NCBI GenBank assembly: GCA_964016885.1
Contig: OZ024741.1
Span: 362,886,001 to 362,950,000, forward strand
Direction of reading: 5' to 3'
Length of the DNA stretch: 64,000 bases
Source: Eledone cirrhosa
Lineage: Eukaryota
This document shows positions 13,382 through 24,515 of the stretch, piece after piece. Each line of letters opens with the position of its first letter. The stretch's first letter is position 1. A program made the position numbers and the translations under genes. Under the pieces are notes generated by a model, which saw nothing but the letters and a program-made list of their open reading frames with translations, made no database searches and was not told the origin of the DNA.

Positions 13382-15291
13382 GTAAGTATATGATAATACC
13401 GGCTTTCAATGTGTGTGTGCTTAGCCCTTTTAATACCAAACTGTCTGAAACTCCCTCCAGTTTTATGATAGAAAAACAGTTTGTTTTTAAGTGTTTACAT
13501 TGATTTAAAAACCTTCCATCACAATTTTATCTAAGTTGTGCTCCAAACTTTAACTTAATAACAATAAAGTTAGTTATTTTCTTAAATCCCTCCAAATTCT
13601 TTATTTTCAAAATTTTTTGCAAATCATAATCAGTGTATCATTAGAAATATGGTAATATGATAATGAAAGTATTAATATATTAATAAATGCAAAAGTTATT
13701 TTACAAAACCACTTTAAATTCTCAATTATTTCAGAATTTAATTGAAGCACATATTTTAGTTTTAAACATAATAACAAAAGATGACTAGATCTAATGTAAT
13801 CTAGAAGCTGTATGTTTAATTAAAAGATAAATAAGGTTTTGATAAATGTTTTATTAGAAAATGAATAAATTAGGTCTAGGCATATGTTTAATTTTTTAAA
13901 AAAATTACGTCTAGACGTTTAATTAGAAGATGAATAAATTAGAATGAGAGTAGAAATCATATGATTAATTAAAAAATGAATGAAAAAAGTGGATCATTGC
14001 AATACAATAGATTTGAAGTTTTTGTCTTATTTAGAACATCAAATTATATATTTATTATTTCAACAATAATATAGTGTGGTGTTAGTGACACCTGACTAGT
14101 ACAACTAACTACAGCTATCACTATGAAGGTTTAGCCAGCTTTCTACAAGGTTGTATCTCATGTGAGGCTTCTTGGTCTCAATTATATCATGGGGTTAACT
14201 CCCAGTTGCTGGTCCTGGTACACATTTTTCTCAGATGAGTGTACAAGAACAGCATGAAATGAAGTGTCTTGCTCAAAGGCACAATATGCTACCCAAACCA
14301 AGAATTGAACCCATGGCTTTATGATCATTAGTTCAACATCCTAACCTCAAGGCTGCTGTTGCTAAAACTCAGGCCAGTCATGATGAAACAAAATTCTGAT
14401 CTAAGATGTTTTACTATGTGTTCATTTTTAAAAACATTTGGGTGGGATTGAAAAAGATTTGGCTCTATTCTAGTAGGACCACATACATGGGCCTTTATTA
14501 CTATTAGTGGTGTTTTGATAAGATGTAGCTAACAAATTGGCAGTCATTAGAGTGTTGAATTAAAATACTCTGAAGTATTTATTCTGGTTCTTTGCTATCT
14601 AAGTTCAAATCTTGCCATGGTAAATTGGCAGAATTGTTAGGAAATAGAATGTGATGCCTTGCAATATCTCTTTTGGCACTTTGTGTTTGAGTTCTCTTGT
14701 GATGTCACTGCTGTCAAGATGTATTGGTGGTGTGAACAGGGAAGAGTTGCATGTATGGGCAATTGCTGGCTTTCTGCTAAAACACCTTGCCTAGGCCAGT
14801 GCTTTGGAGAGGAATTTTCCAGGTGCACACACATGGTCAGCCAAGAACAAAGGACAACTTATATAAATAGTATGTAAAACATCAATGATGTAACATCTTT
14901 GATCATAAGCATATTGGATGAGGGCTTATTTGGCTCTTAACTGAAGTGTTATTTGACCCTTTTATTACCATATTTCTAATGAAAGACATTGTACATAATT
15001 TTAAAATAATTTTGAAAATAATCAAGAATTTTGAGAGATTAATAACATAACTAACTTAATCATTATTTAGGCTGGTGTTTGGAGCAGAACTTTCTAACAT
15101 GAAATTGTGATGGAAGGTTTTTGGTAAATATAAACATCTTAAAACAGACCGTCTTGTATTGTAGAATCAGAGATGGTCTCAGACGGTATTATCAAAGGGG
15201 TTTAAAATGTTAGTGTGGTATTTATTAAATTCTAATTCTTGAAAATAATCTAAAGCTGTTTTTTTTAAATTTATTTATTGCATCGTTTTAG

Positions 15292-15379
15292 TTTGGATTA
15301 GCAAAGGACCCTGATGGTGAGAACCCCTGTGTTCCTATTATGGTTTGGAATACCTGTGCCTACACAATTCAAGTAATAG
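15292..15379 (+). CDS. UBR2: UBR1/2 exon 10
   Basis: FGLAKDPDGENPCVPIMVWNTCAYTIQVI (conserved VPIMxWxxCAYTIQ); phase 0->1. Confidence 0.92.
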
Positions 15380-15932
15380 GTAATTATGGTTTTATTTTTA
15401 CAGTGTAGGTATTCTAATTGCAGGCTTGGCTTTGTTGTTCACTTTACAACAGGTGGTTTCCAGTTCAGTCTTACCACTTGGTACATTGAGCAATTGTCTC
15501 CTACTATAGTCTCAGCTTCAAATTAACTGATATGAAGGAAATTTGGTAGACAGAAACTGTATAGAAGCCTGTTTGTGTGTGTGTGTATATATGTATATAT
15601 ATATTCTCAATTCTCAGACCAGGTGATGTGTTGTTTCCTTGAGCAAGATACTTTATTTCACATTTCTCCAGTTTACTCAGCTGTGGAAATGAGATGATAG
15701 GACAGGCGTCCATATCATTCCACTGCAAAGTGGTCGTAGAGATGCCACGGCAAAAAAAAGCACCCAGCCCACACTGTAAAGTAGACGTGTAGGCGCCACG
15801 GAAAAAAGCACCCAGCACTCACTGTATATGAGGTTGGTGTTAGGAAGGGCATCCAGCTGAAGAAATCAAGCCAGAATCAGTTCCCGTCTCACCCTTGCAA
15901 GCAGGGAAAAGTGGACGTAAAATGATGATGAT

Positions 15933-15952
15933 TATATATATATATATATATC

Positions 15953-16038
<86 letters not shown>
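15933..16038. repeat. (TA)n microsatellite with TACA interruptions
   Basis: direct reading. Confidence 0.95.
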
Positions 16039-16041
<3 letters not shown>

Positions 16042-17030
16042 GTAGAACACTGGAAGGTAATATCCGTAGTGGTAGAGCAGTCGGTCCATGGGACGAGTTA
16101 GGTAGAAGTGGCTACACAACAGTTAGTTCACCATACCGAGAACATTTGTTTCACCTTAGCGGATCCTTAGCTCGTAATGGACATGGTTATACGGAACAGG
16201 AAGGACAACCATGCGAATGCGCATGCGCAGAAACGATCACTTCACACAGGCAATACTAAATTGCGTGCGAGAGGTGTAAGGGAGATAACTGCAAAAGTCC
16301 GAAAGTTTCTAGTTGATAAGAAAATTAGGATGTAATTTAATCCGGAGCTTTGTAGTTATGTAAGAGGTGTTTCCAGACATGTGGACAACGTGTGAAGAAT
16401 TCATTTCTTGTGTTTAGGCAATCACTATTGCATAATCTCTTTAGAATATTTATTCGTTCATCAATACATAGTCCACACCACGGATTTCCCTTTGCGTATG
16501 GCTTTCCATTGAATGGAGTAGTCTATACTTGAGACAGACGTTCATCCACGAAACTCGCGAGCAACGTATGGTCCCTCAAGGACTCAAGTTTAGACTAATT
16601 GCATTCATAGGAAAGCTATCACTAAGTCCAAGCCATACGCAAGGGGCAATCCGTCGTGTGGACTATGTATTGATGAACGAACAAATATTCTAAAGAGATT
16701 ACGCAATAGTGATTGCCTAAACACGAGAAATGAATTCTTCACATGTTGTCCACATGTCTGGAAACACCTTACATAACTACAAAGCTTCAGATTGAATTAC
16801 AACATCTTAATTTTCTTATCAACTAGAAACTTTCGGACTTTCGCAGTTATCTCCCTGACACCTCTTGCACGCAATTTAGTATTGCCTGTGTGAAGTGATT
16901 GTTTCTGCGCATGCGCGTTCGTACGGTTGTCTTTCCTGTTCCGTATAACCATGTCCATTACGAGCTGAGGATCCACTAAAGTGAAACAATTGTTCTCGGT
17001 ATGGTGAACTAACTGTTGTGTAACCACTTG
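16038..17030 (+). mobile_element. Penelope-like element 3' end with inverted duplication (fold-back), in (TA)n
   Basis: arms ~16106-16533 and ~16583-17029; + strand reads STKLASNVWSLKD...KPYARGNPSCGLCIDERTNIL...CLNTRNEFFTCCPH*, a PLE endonuclease C-terminal pattern; hammerhead motif downstream. Confidence 0.8.
16961..16998 (+). ncRNA. minimal type I hammerhead ribozyme motif
   Basis: CGAG-CUGAGGA-(weak stem II)-GAAAC-AAUU-GUU-CUCG; palindromic stem III ACAAUUGU; stem I CGAG/CUCG extended by CCAU/AUGG. Confidence 0.65.
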
Positions 17031-17498
17031 TATATATATATTACCATTTATCCATGCTAGCATGGAATTTTGGATGTTAAACAGTGATGATAATGATTCC
17101 ACTGTTAGCAAGGGTTGGATTGATCTTCACAGACTGAATCAATACCGAGTGCCATTTATCATAACACCAATAGCAGTGAGAGAGTTGTCATGTCTTTGAC
17201 ACAGCTGAAGAGTCTTTTCAACCCTTTGTTTGGTAGGGAAACGGGTGTTAAATGATGACAGTATATGTGTGTGTGTATGTATTTATGTGTCTGTTTGTTT
17301 GTGTCCCTTAACTTACTGGTTCAACAAATAAGAGATTGATAAATTAAGTACCAGACGAGCAAAGTATAATTATTTGCATTGATATGATCAACTAAAAACA
17401 CTTTTCTTTGTTACTGAAGCCAGTAAAAGGATACAGGAGTAAATTTTAACATTTCAATAGTTTGAATTATCTTAGAAACATTTCTGCTTTCTTTTCAG

Positions 17499-17651
17499 AA
17501 CAAAGTTTGCAACACAACAACAAACCATTGTTTGGTTCTTTACCCAGTCGCCGTTCTGATTGTTTGGTTGCACTAGTGAAGTTTGCTGCAGTTTGTGGCC
17601 AGGTGATGTCTGCAGACACAGTCAAGCAACATTGCATACGATTGTTAACAG
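17499..17651 (+). CDS. UBR2: UBR1/2 exon 11
   Basis: EQSLQHNNKPLFGSLPSRRSDCLVALVKFAA...; phase 1->1. Confidence 0.92.
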
Positions 17652-17697
17652 GTAAAGCTTCAACACTGTTCAGATGCCTTCAGTATTTTCAATTCCT

Positions 17698-18068
17698 TTA
17701 ACTCTTTAGCATTTACATTACTCTATATTTACTATTATATTTTCATGGTAAAGTCGTTACTTCACATAATTATCCCACATAATATCGAATCTGAGATATT
17801 GATATTATTTATTTTGAGAACAATACCTTATGATCTGAGTTCAAATCCCACCGAAGTTAACTTTGGTTTTCATCCTTACGGGGTCGATAAAATAAAGTAC
17901 CAGTAATACACTGGGTAATTGCTGGCCTTGTGCCAAAAGTAGAAACAATTATTTATTTTGAGAACAATACCTTAACATAAGTATGAGTGGCCTCTTATAG
18001 CCAGTTTGAACAGAAAGAGGTGAGAGAATTCTGGCTGGATACAGCCAGTTTAAATGCTAAAGGGTTAA
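17698..18068. mobile_element. TTAA-flanked MITE (piggyBac-like ends) interrupted by a SINE
   Basis: TIR TTAACYCTTTAGCATTTA; sister copies at ~10278-10487, 29275-29493, 44415-44615, 54674-54854, 55802-56028. Confidence 0.75.
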
Positions 18069-18179
18069 ATGTCAGTTAGCATGAAAATATATATCTGGAA
18101 AGAAATTGTTTGTTTTTGACTTCTATGCAGCGAGTGTTTTATGGCTATTTTTTCCTGCTGAAGCAAGAGGTAGCCTTAT

Positions 18180-18280
18180 AATAATAATGAAAATATTGTG
18201 TACAATGCTCAGGTGGACTACAACTCATCAAAAGTGTATGTATAGTACATAGGGTAATGTACAAACGTCAGGAAAATGAA
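18180..18280 (-). mobile_element. CR1 subfamily B 3' UTR fragment
   Basis: matches 59643-59742 including tail. Confidence 0.8.
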
Positions 18281-18619
18281 CCTTATGGGCCTCATGATAG
18301 GTTTCATGTTCATCATGGGATCTTTCTTTGAGGCAATGTTTTATAGCCAGAAGCCTTTCTGGCTTCAAACCTTTTAGCTGCCTTTTATGACATGCAGGGA
18401 TATTGTGTATCTATCCTAAACCTACATACATAACTGTTTTTGACTTCTAAATAATTGGGAAAAAATTCAAGCAGTGACTTGGTAGAGGTGTTAAAGCAGC
18501 AGGTTAAATGCCTTGTGGTATTTGTTCCAGTTCTCCCTTTTATTTTTTCGGAGGGCCTTTTGGTAATTGTTAAAACTTTGTGCATTCCGAGTTGAAATCG
18601 GTTGGCAGAAGAGATGGTA

Positions 18620-19255
18620 GCATTGGCATCCATCAGATGATTGCGATGTCATGGGATGGGATTTATCCTGAAACCTCTTGGAGCTGGTCGTAGTAATCTT
18701 CCTGTATCAGTGGAGAAAACAGGCGGAGAGCAAGTGGTTGCTCACCGGTTTCCAGCTGATGAGCGACTTGTGAACGTGCTTGAGTATGGCCAGTGCCATG
18801 ATGCAGAGGCCTGTCCAGTCCTTGGGGCCACTCCAGATGAGGCAGTGGTCTCCTGTGATGAATTCACCAGTGTGATATAGAGGGGTAGCTCTCTCGAGAG
18901 CAGAGTGGCTGCTCCAGTGTGAAGGAGCAACAGGACATTCCATGTAGCAACACAAATTGTATAGCGTAAGTTGATTTCTTGCTGGTTGAGGACATGCAGG
19001 GGTCTGTTCCAAACTTGGGCAGTCCAGTTTCTCCTGGTCGGTGTCGTAACAAGTTCAGAGTTCATCTGGGCAGGTTGTTAGCCCTCAACAGAATAGTCAA
19101 ATCATGGAGTTGCCAACACACCATGGGTCACCATTGGTCTGGAACCTCCCCAGGAGACTAGCCTCCCTAGGGTGGCCTTACCAGGAGCAAAGCTCTAAAC
19201 AGTTATGCTCTCTCAGATTTATGAAACATGCAAGCCCCTCACCACAAGGCCAGAC
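18620..19255 (-). mobile_element. 5' portion of a different RTE-clade LINE (5' UTR + start of endonuclease)
   Basis: VATWNV...GAATLLSREL, LIWSG...MALAI; upstream GTGGTGAGGGGCTTGC...CTCCTGGTAAGGCCACCC resembles RTE 5' UTRs from memory. Confidence 0.65.
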
Positions 19256-19704
19256 TCAGGAAGGTGACCTAGATATACTGTCTCTGAAAAAAGAATCACC
19301 ATCCTCTGCTTTGATGTTGCATTACAATAATCTCAGATACTGGATTGCAACATTCTATATACAACTTGCACTGCAGGACATTCCCTTCAGCTGTTAACTG
19401 TAGACTCTAACAATGTTGGCTCCTCCCGACAGTATTACTCCCTTCATCTGTCAATGCAGCATTGATGCTACTAGAAAATGTCATGGTTTTATAGTTAACT
19501 CTGTTGCACAATTTCCCTTTCATTTTCCATCCAGTCAAATAAGAATCCTTCAGGAATTATTCCATTTATTCTTCAGTTACATTTTGCTTACCATATAGGT
19601 CTTTCTCTCAAATGCTTCTACCATATCCATAAGGAAGTATTTTCTGATTCACCACACAACTCTTGGAAAATACAAATTTAATATTGGCTTATTTCTATTT
19701 TCAG

Positions 19705-19938
19705 CATTAATTCCTGATGGTTTGGAGAAAAAACATGAACCACCCTGCATTCTTGACTTAGATATGTTTCACTACTTAACTGTGTTGGTAATGTCGTTGC
19801 CAACACTCTATGCTGAGGGGCAAACTTCACTGCTTACCACTTTCCCCACAGGTAGCCTCAATGATCAACATGCTCTGCATTTGGTTCTCACTGCTCACTT
19901 GGTTCAGATCCTCCTTGTCTATGAACCAGAGTCACAAG
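19705..19938 (+). CDS. UBR2: UBR1/2 exon 12
   Basis: PCILDLDMFHYLTVLVMSLP...HLVLTAHLVQILL; phase 1->1. Confidence 0.92.
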
Positions 19939-19955
19939 GTATGTATATATATATG

Positions 19956-20276
19956 GAGGCACATGGCTTAGTGGTTAGAGCATTGGCCTTGCAATCGAAA
20001 GGTTGTGAGTTCAATTCATAGACCGGGTGATGTGTTGTTTCCTTGAGCAAGACACTTTATTTCATATTACTCCAGTTTACTCAGCTGTAGAAATGAGATG
20101 ATCGGGACTGGGGTCCATATCATTCTACTGCAAAGTGGTCATGGAGGTGCCACGAAAAAAAGCACCCAGCACTCACTGTAAATGAGGTTGGTGTTAGAAA
20201 GGGCATTGAGCTGTAGAAATCAAGCCAGAATCAGTTCCCGTCCCACCCTTGCAAGCAGGGAAAAAGCGGACGTAAA
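19956..20276 (+). mobile_element. tRNA-derived SINE with RTE-like 3' tail
   Basis: A box TGGCTTAGTGG, B box GAGTTCAATTC, core CCTTGAGCAAGACACTT, tail shared with RTE 3' ends; partial copy at 15605-15932. Confidence 0.8.
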
Positions 20277-20391
20277 ATAATAATAATAATAATAATGAAA
20301 TTATTGTGTAAAGTGCTCAGGTGCACTACAACTCGTCAATATAGTACATAGAATAATACACAAATGTCAGGGAAGTACATGTTTGTATGTG

Positions 20392-23213
20392 TTAGCTGTA
20401 GTGTTGGCGGATCTCGGGAAGCATGGAGGCCTTAAAGGATGCAGTGTCTCGACAGCTAACAACTGATGCAGGTAGTTTATTCCATGCTTCAGCAACTCTG
20501 AGAGTGAAAAAATGTTTCCGAAAGTCATGGGAACTGTGCTGTTTTCTTACTTTGTGGGCATGTCCACGTGTGTTAGACACATGGAAATCGAAAAGGCACT
20601 CAGGGTTGTTGTTGGCAACATGGTTAACAATTTTGTGGGTGTTTACCAAGTCAGTTGCCAGGCGTCGGAGCTTCAATGAATCCATGCCCAGGGAAGCAAG
20701 GCGCTCAGAGTATGGTAGATGCCTGATGGAGGGTATTCGCTTGGTTGCACGTCTCTGAACAGTTTCCAGGCGGTCAATGTCCTGAGCAAGATAGGGGTTC
20801 CAGACTGGTGATGCAAATTCTAAGTGTGGTCGCACCATAGCTGTATACAGCCTTAAATAGATATCTGGAGAGCGGCTGACAAAGGTCTTGCTGAGTGATG
20901 CTAAGACACCCTCGGCCCTCTTGACAATTTTAGAGACGTGCCTCGTCCAACGCAAATCGCTGCTGACCGTAATGCCCAGGTCACGTTCACAGGAAGACTT
21001 CTTGATATTAGTGCTGTGGAGGGAGTATGTGGACGCTGGGTTTTTACTCCCAAAATGCATGGTGGTGCACTTGTCCACAGCTAGCTTGAGTTGCCAGTCT
21101 GAGATCCACTGTTGCATTGTGTCCAGGTCAGACTGCAAGCAAGATCTATAGTGTTCAGGATCTGTCCTTTTTATCTCAAGGTACAGCTTGATGTCGTCTG
21201 CGTACTTTAGTACTGTGGCATTCCTTAAGTTGGCATCTATGTCATTAATATATGCCACAAACAAAAGGGGGCCAAGAACAGATCCCTGAGGTACACCAGA
21301 TGACATCTCATATGGTGAGGAATGCTGTCCCAGAACCGTGACTACCTCTCTTCGACTGAGAATGAAGGACTTCAACCAGTTAAAAAGATCATCCTTCACA
21401 CCCATTGCAGAGAGTTTTGCCATAAGCCTTTTGTGTGGCACAGAATTGAAGGCCTTCGCAAAGTCAAGGTAAACAACATCCACCCATGAGCCGCCATCAG
21501 TGATCCGGGTGATGTCCTCAAGAAACTCTATAAGTTGATCACAGCAGCTGGAGTTGGGGATAAATCCAAATTGCGAGGGCCGGATAAGACTGTGAGAGCT
21601 CCAGAAGTTCCAAAGTGTTTCTCTGACACAGGATTCCATCAGTTTGGCGATGCAACTAGTAAGACTGACTGGACGATAGTTCACAGGTGATGTGCGGTCA
21701 CCCTTTTTGAACAGAGGAATGACACTGGCAGTTTTCCACTGTTCTGGAGTAGCACTGTTGTTCAGACAGAATTGGAAGAAGCGTGATAACTGGTGTAGAA
21801 GGAAGTACCCACCACGTTTAAGAAGCAGGTACGTAACACCATCAAGACCAGGAGAGGCATGGTTGCGTTTATTTTTTAGGTGACGTCGCAGCATTGCAGG
21901 TGTAAATTCCATGGTTGTAATAGAGTCCGGTGTCATAGGTGGTGGAGATGGTACACTCTGGTCTTCAATGGTGAAAATGCCTGCATAGCATTCAGCAATG
22001 AGCTCTGCGCATTCCTTGGGGTCGTCAGTAACCTGGCTTGTGTGGGGATTGCGAAGAGGACCAACTGAAGAGTGAGGCCTCTGCTTTGAGTGAACATACT
22101 TCCAGAACACCTTACTGTCAGGGCTGGTTGCTATGCGCTGCTCAAATTGAAGCACTGCCTTTTTTGTCACCGGTTTGAGGTGGTTGGACGATCTAATTCG
22201 CCTCTTCCTATTAATGTCTGATTTGTGAAGTTTGTACTCACGTTCAGCATTGCGCCGTTCTTTTCTGGCAAGACGGACTGCTGCAGTCTCCCAAATTGCG
22301 CTTTTAGGATGTTTTTTCTGCTTACGTGGCACCGATGCTGCACATGCTGTCCATATTGAGCTCAGGATGTTCTGGAGTACAGTGTTGACATCTCCAGAGT
22401 CATAGAACTCAAGCCAGTTTGGCCGTTGCAACTCGGTGCAGTAACAGTTCCAGTCTGCTTTATTCCAGTCAAAGTGAGCAGTTTGGAGATGGTTGTGGTT
22501 CTTGTTACTGCCCATGAGGGATAGATTGGCAATGATCATAGCATGATCAGAGTCACCTAAAGGTTCCTCAGCCTAATGACCGTTTCAGGAGTAGTGGTGA
22601 AGAGTAGGTCCAAAGTGTTGTGACCTCTCGTTGGGGAGGTGACCACCTGGGACCAACTCGAGTCCAGCACCAGCTCAAGGAAGTCATTTGCACTTGGCGG
22701 CCAACGAAAGGTCTCCCAGTCAATCTCAGGGTGATTGAAGTCACCTGCAATGAAAACATAAGTGGCTGTCTTCCTGGCAGCAGCTCTGAGGATATCACAA
22801 AGTTGAGTGTCCTGATGGTAATTTGGGGGACGGTAAACGACTCCAAGTAGCAGTGTTGACATGGTCATACGTATATCGCAGAAAAAAACTTCCTGCTGTG
22901 ATTGGTTCAAATCAGCACAAGGAATTGCCGACAGATTTGACCGAACGTAGACCATTACACCACCACCACGACGATTAATACGGTCTTTACGAAACAGGTT
23001 GTAGCCAGTCATGCTGAAAACCCCATCACAGAGTAAGGGATGTGCCCAAGTTTCCGTGACTGTAATGAAGTCCGGGTTGATACTTTTGACGTAGGAGTCA
23101 AAAAGATGAATCTTATTGCATAGACTACGTGCATTCAAGGACAACAGTTTGTACTTTGATTCCAGTCTATGATTATGTGCAGGGGATGGCAGGTTGTTCT
23201 GATTTAGTTTCCC
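20392..23213 (-). pseudogene. CR1 ORF2 (APE endonuclease + reverse transcriptase), broken by a 7-nt deletion near 22571
   Basis: ORFs 22557..23144 and 20392..22539; the copy at ~61580 reads TTTPEVVISCTTEEPLGDSDH and is 7 nt longer at this point. Confidence 0.9.
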
Positions 23214-24058
23214 AGAGTTTTTTCAGTTTCTTTATTGTCAGTTGTTGTGGGTACACTGTTTTCAGACCAGCTGGTGTCTCTTTTCCATGATTCGCCAGCC
23301 TTAACAAACTTCCATATCTGCCCATCATCTCGTAGGCTGAAGCTTTCATGTTCTGCCGAGCTGCGGTTTAGGGAAGCTGCAGCACGCAACTTTGGGCGGA
23401 CATCAGGTGGAAGACCAGGACGTGTTCGGAAAGCAATCCGACTTTCACGCCTAGCTTTATCAGAGGCTACAAGGTATGAACGTGCCTCAGTTGAGTTTGA
23501 AAACGACAGTCTAATTAACCTGGGTTTCGGGCCTGGTCGGCCAAGGCGTAGAGCACCCTTTGCGGAAGCACAGCCCAGGTCTTTGGATGAACTGGCAGCA
23601 AATGCCTGAAGATCAACTATGTCTTCCGGCACACCAATGGCAATCACTTCGTGGTTTGCAGATTCAGTGGCATTCTCAATGCGTCTAGGTTCAACATGAG
23701 GTACGCGGAGATTTTTTAACAAGGCACTCCGGTAAGATCCCTCATTGTGCGGTTCTACACGAACGCTTGATTTTATTTCCGCTATTTCTTGACTTAAAGC
23801 GGAAATCATTTGCCGTATTTCCTCAAACTCCGTATTGACGGTCGGTTTTTGTTGTTCTTCTCCTTCAACAGGCATGGTAGAAGACACAGTCGTCGGTTGT
23901 TGTTGTTGAAAAGTAACGGGTGAGGAAGACATGGGTTGCTGTTGTTGATGAAGTCCTTCAACGGGGGTAGTAGCAGAAGCTACGGTCGTTGGTTTTTGCT
24001 GTTGTTCAGCGACAATGGTAGAGGAAGACACGATCCTCGGTTTTGATGATATATTCAC
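23204..24058 (-). CDS. CR1 ORF1 protein (possibly 5'-truncated)
   Basis: 284 aa; Q/T/P-rich N-terminal repeats, coiled coil, RLGRPGPKPRLIRLSF motif typical of LINE ORF1; ends TLGN*. Confidence 0.8.
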   Translation of the reverse strand: MNISSKPRIVSSSTIVAEQQQKPTTVASATTPVEGLHQQQQPMSSSPVTFQQQQPTTVSSTMPVEGEEQQKPTVNTEFEEIRQMISALSQEIAEIKSSVRVEPHNEGSYRSALLKNLRVPHVEPRRIENATESANHEVIAIGVPEDIVDLQAFAASSSKDLGCASAKGALRLGRPGPKPRLIRLSFSNSTEARSYLVASDKARRESRIAFRTRPGLPPDVRPKLRAAASLNRSSAEHESFSLRDDGQIWKFVKAGESWKRDTSWSENSVPTTTDNKETEKTLGN

Positions 24059-24439
24059 TTGATATATATAATAATCGTTTTAAGACCCTTACTGAAGCAG
24101 TGAGCTTCATAACAAGCTTTTTCATTTTGCCTTATTGTTTGTATTCCTCCTCATTTTAACCATGATTTTCTCGGTCTTCCTTTATTTCCTTCCACATCAT
24201 TTGTCATCACTCCTCTCATCCAGTCACTTTCATTCTTCCTCAACACATGAACTATCTCGTTCCATTTCTCTTCTCTACATTCATCGCTGGCTCTATTGTC
24301 CTTAGCCTCTTCAATTAATTGATTCTCTCTCTTTCTCTCATATACTTGCTTCATGTATACATGCATTTCATATATTTCTAAGATGTTTCTCTCCTCTATA
24401 ATTTGCCTAATGTTATACTGTTAACTTTTACACTTTTAG

Positions 24440-24515
24440 ATATGATGGAGATAGAATATGATACTGATGACGATGGTTTGGTCATGATATATAAGAAACT
24501 AAGGGAAAAGGCTGG
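24440..24515 (+). CDS. UBR2: UBR1/2 exon 13
   Basis: DMMEIEYDTDDDGLVMIYKKLREKAG; phase 1->2 fits neighbours. Confidence 0.8.

Larger units (their letters stand above)
20277..24060 (-). mobile_element. near full-length CR1-clade LINE (subfamily A) in UBR intron
   Basis: ORF1, APE endonuclease (TETW, GDFN, SDH), RT (YLDFAKAF, GVPQGSVLGP, YADD), CR1-type C-terminus (TRGH, WNKLP), (ATT)n 3' tail; no 5' UTR visible. Confidence 0.95.

Noticed and set aside
15895-16101. IYIYIY-rich ORFs (also 24632-25055, 43311-43493)
   Set aside because: Translations of TA/CA microsatellites.
16797-17111. 104-aa ORF on - strand as a gene
   Set aside because: Antisense reading of the palindrome arm; the meaningful peptide is on the other strand.
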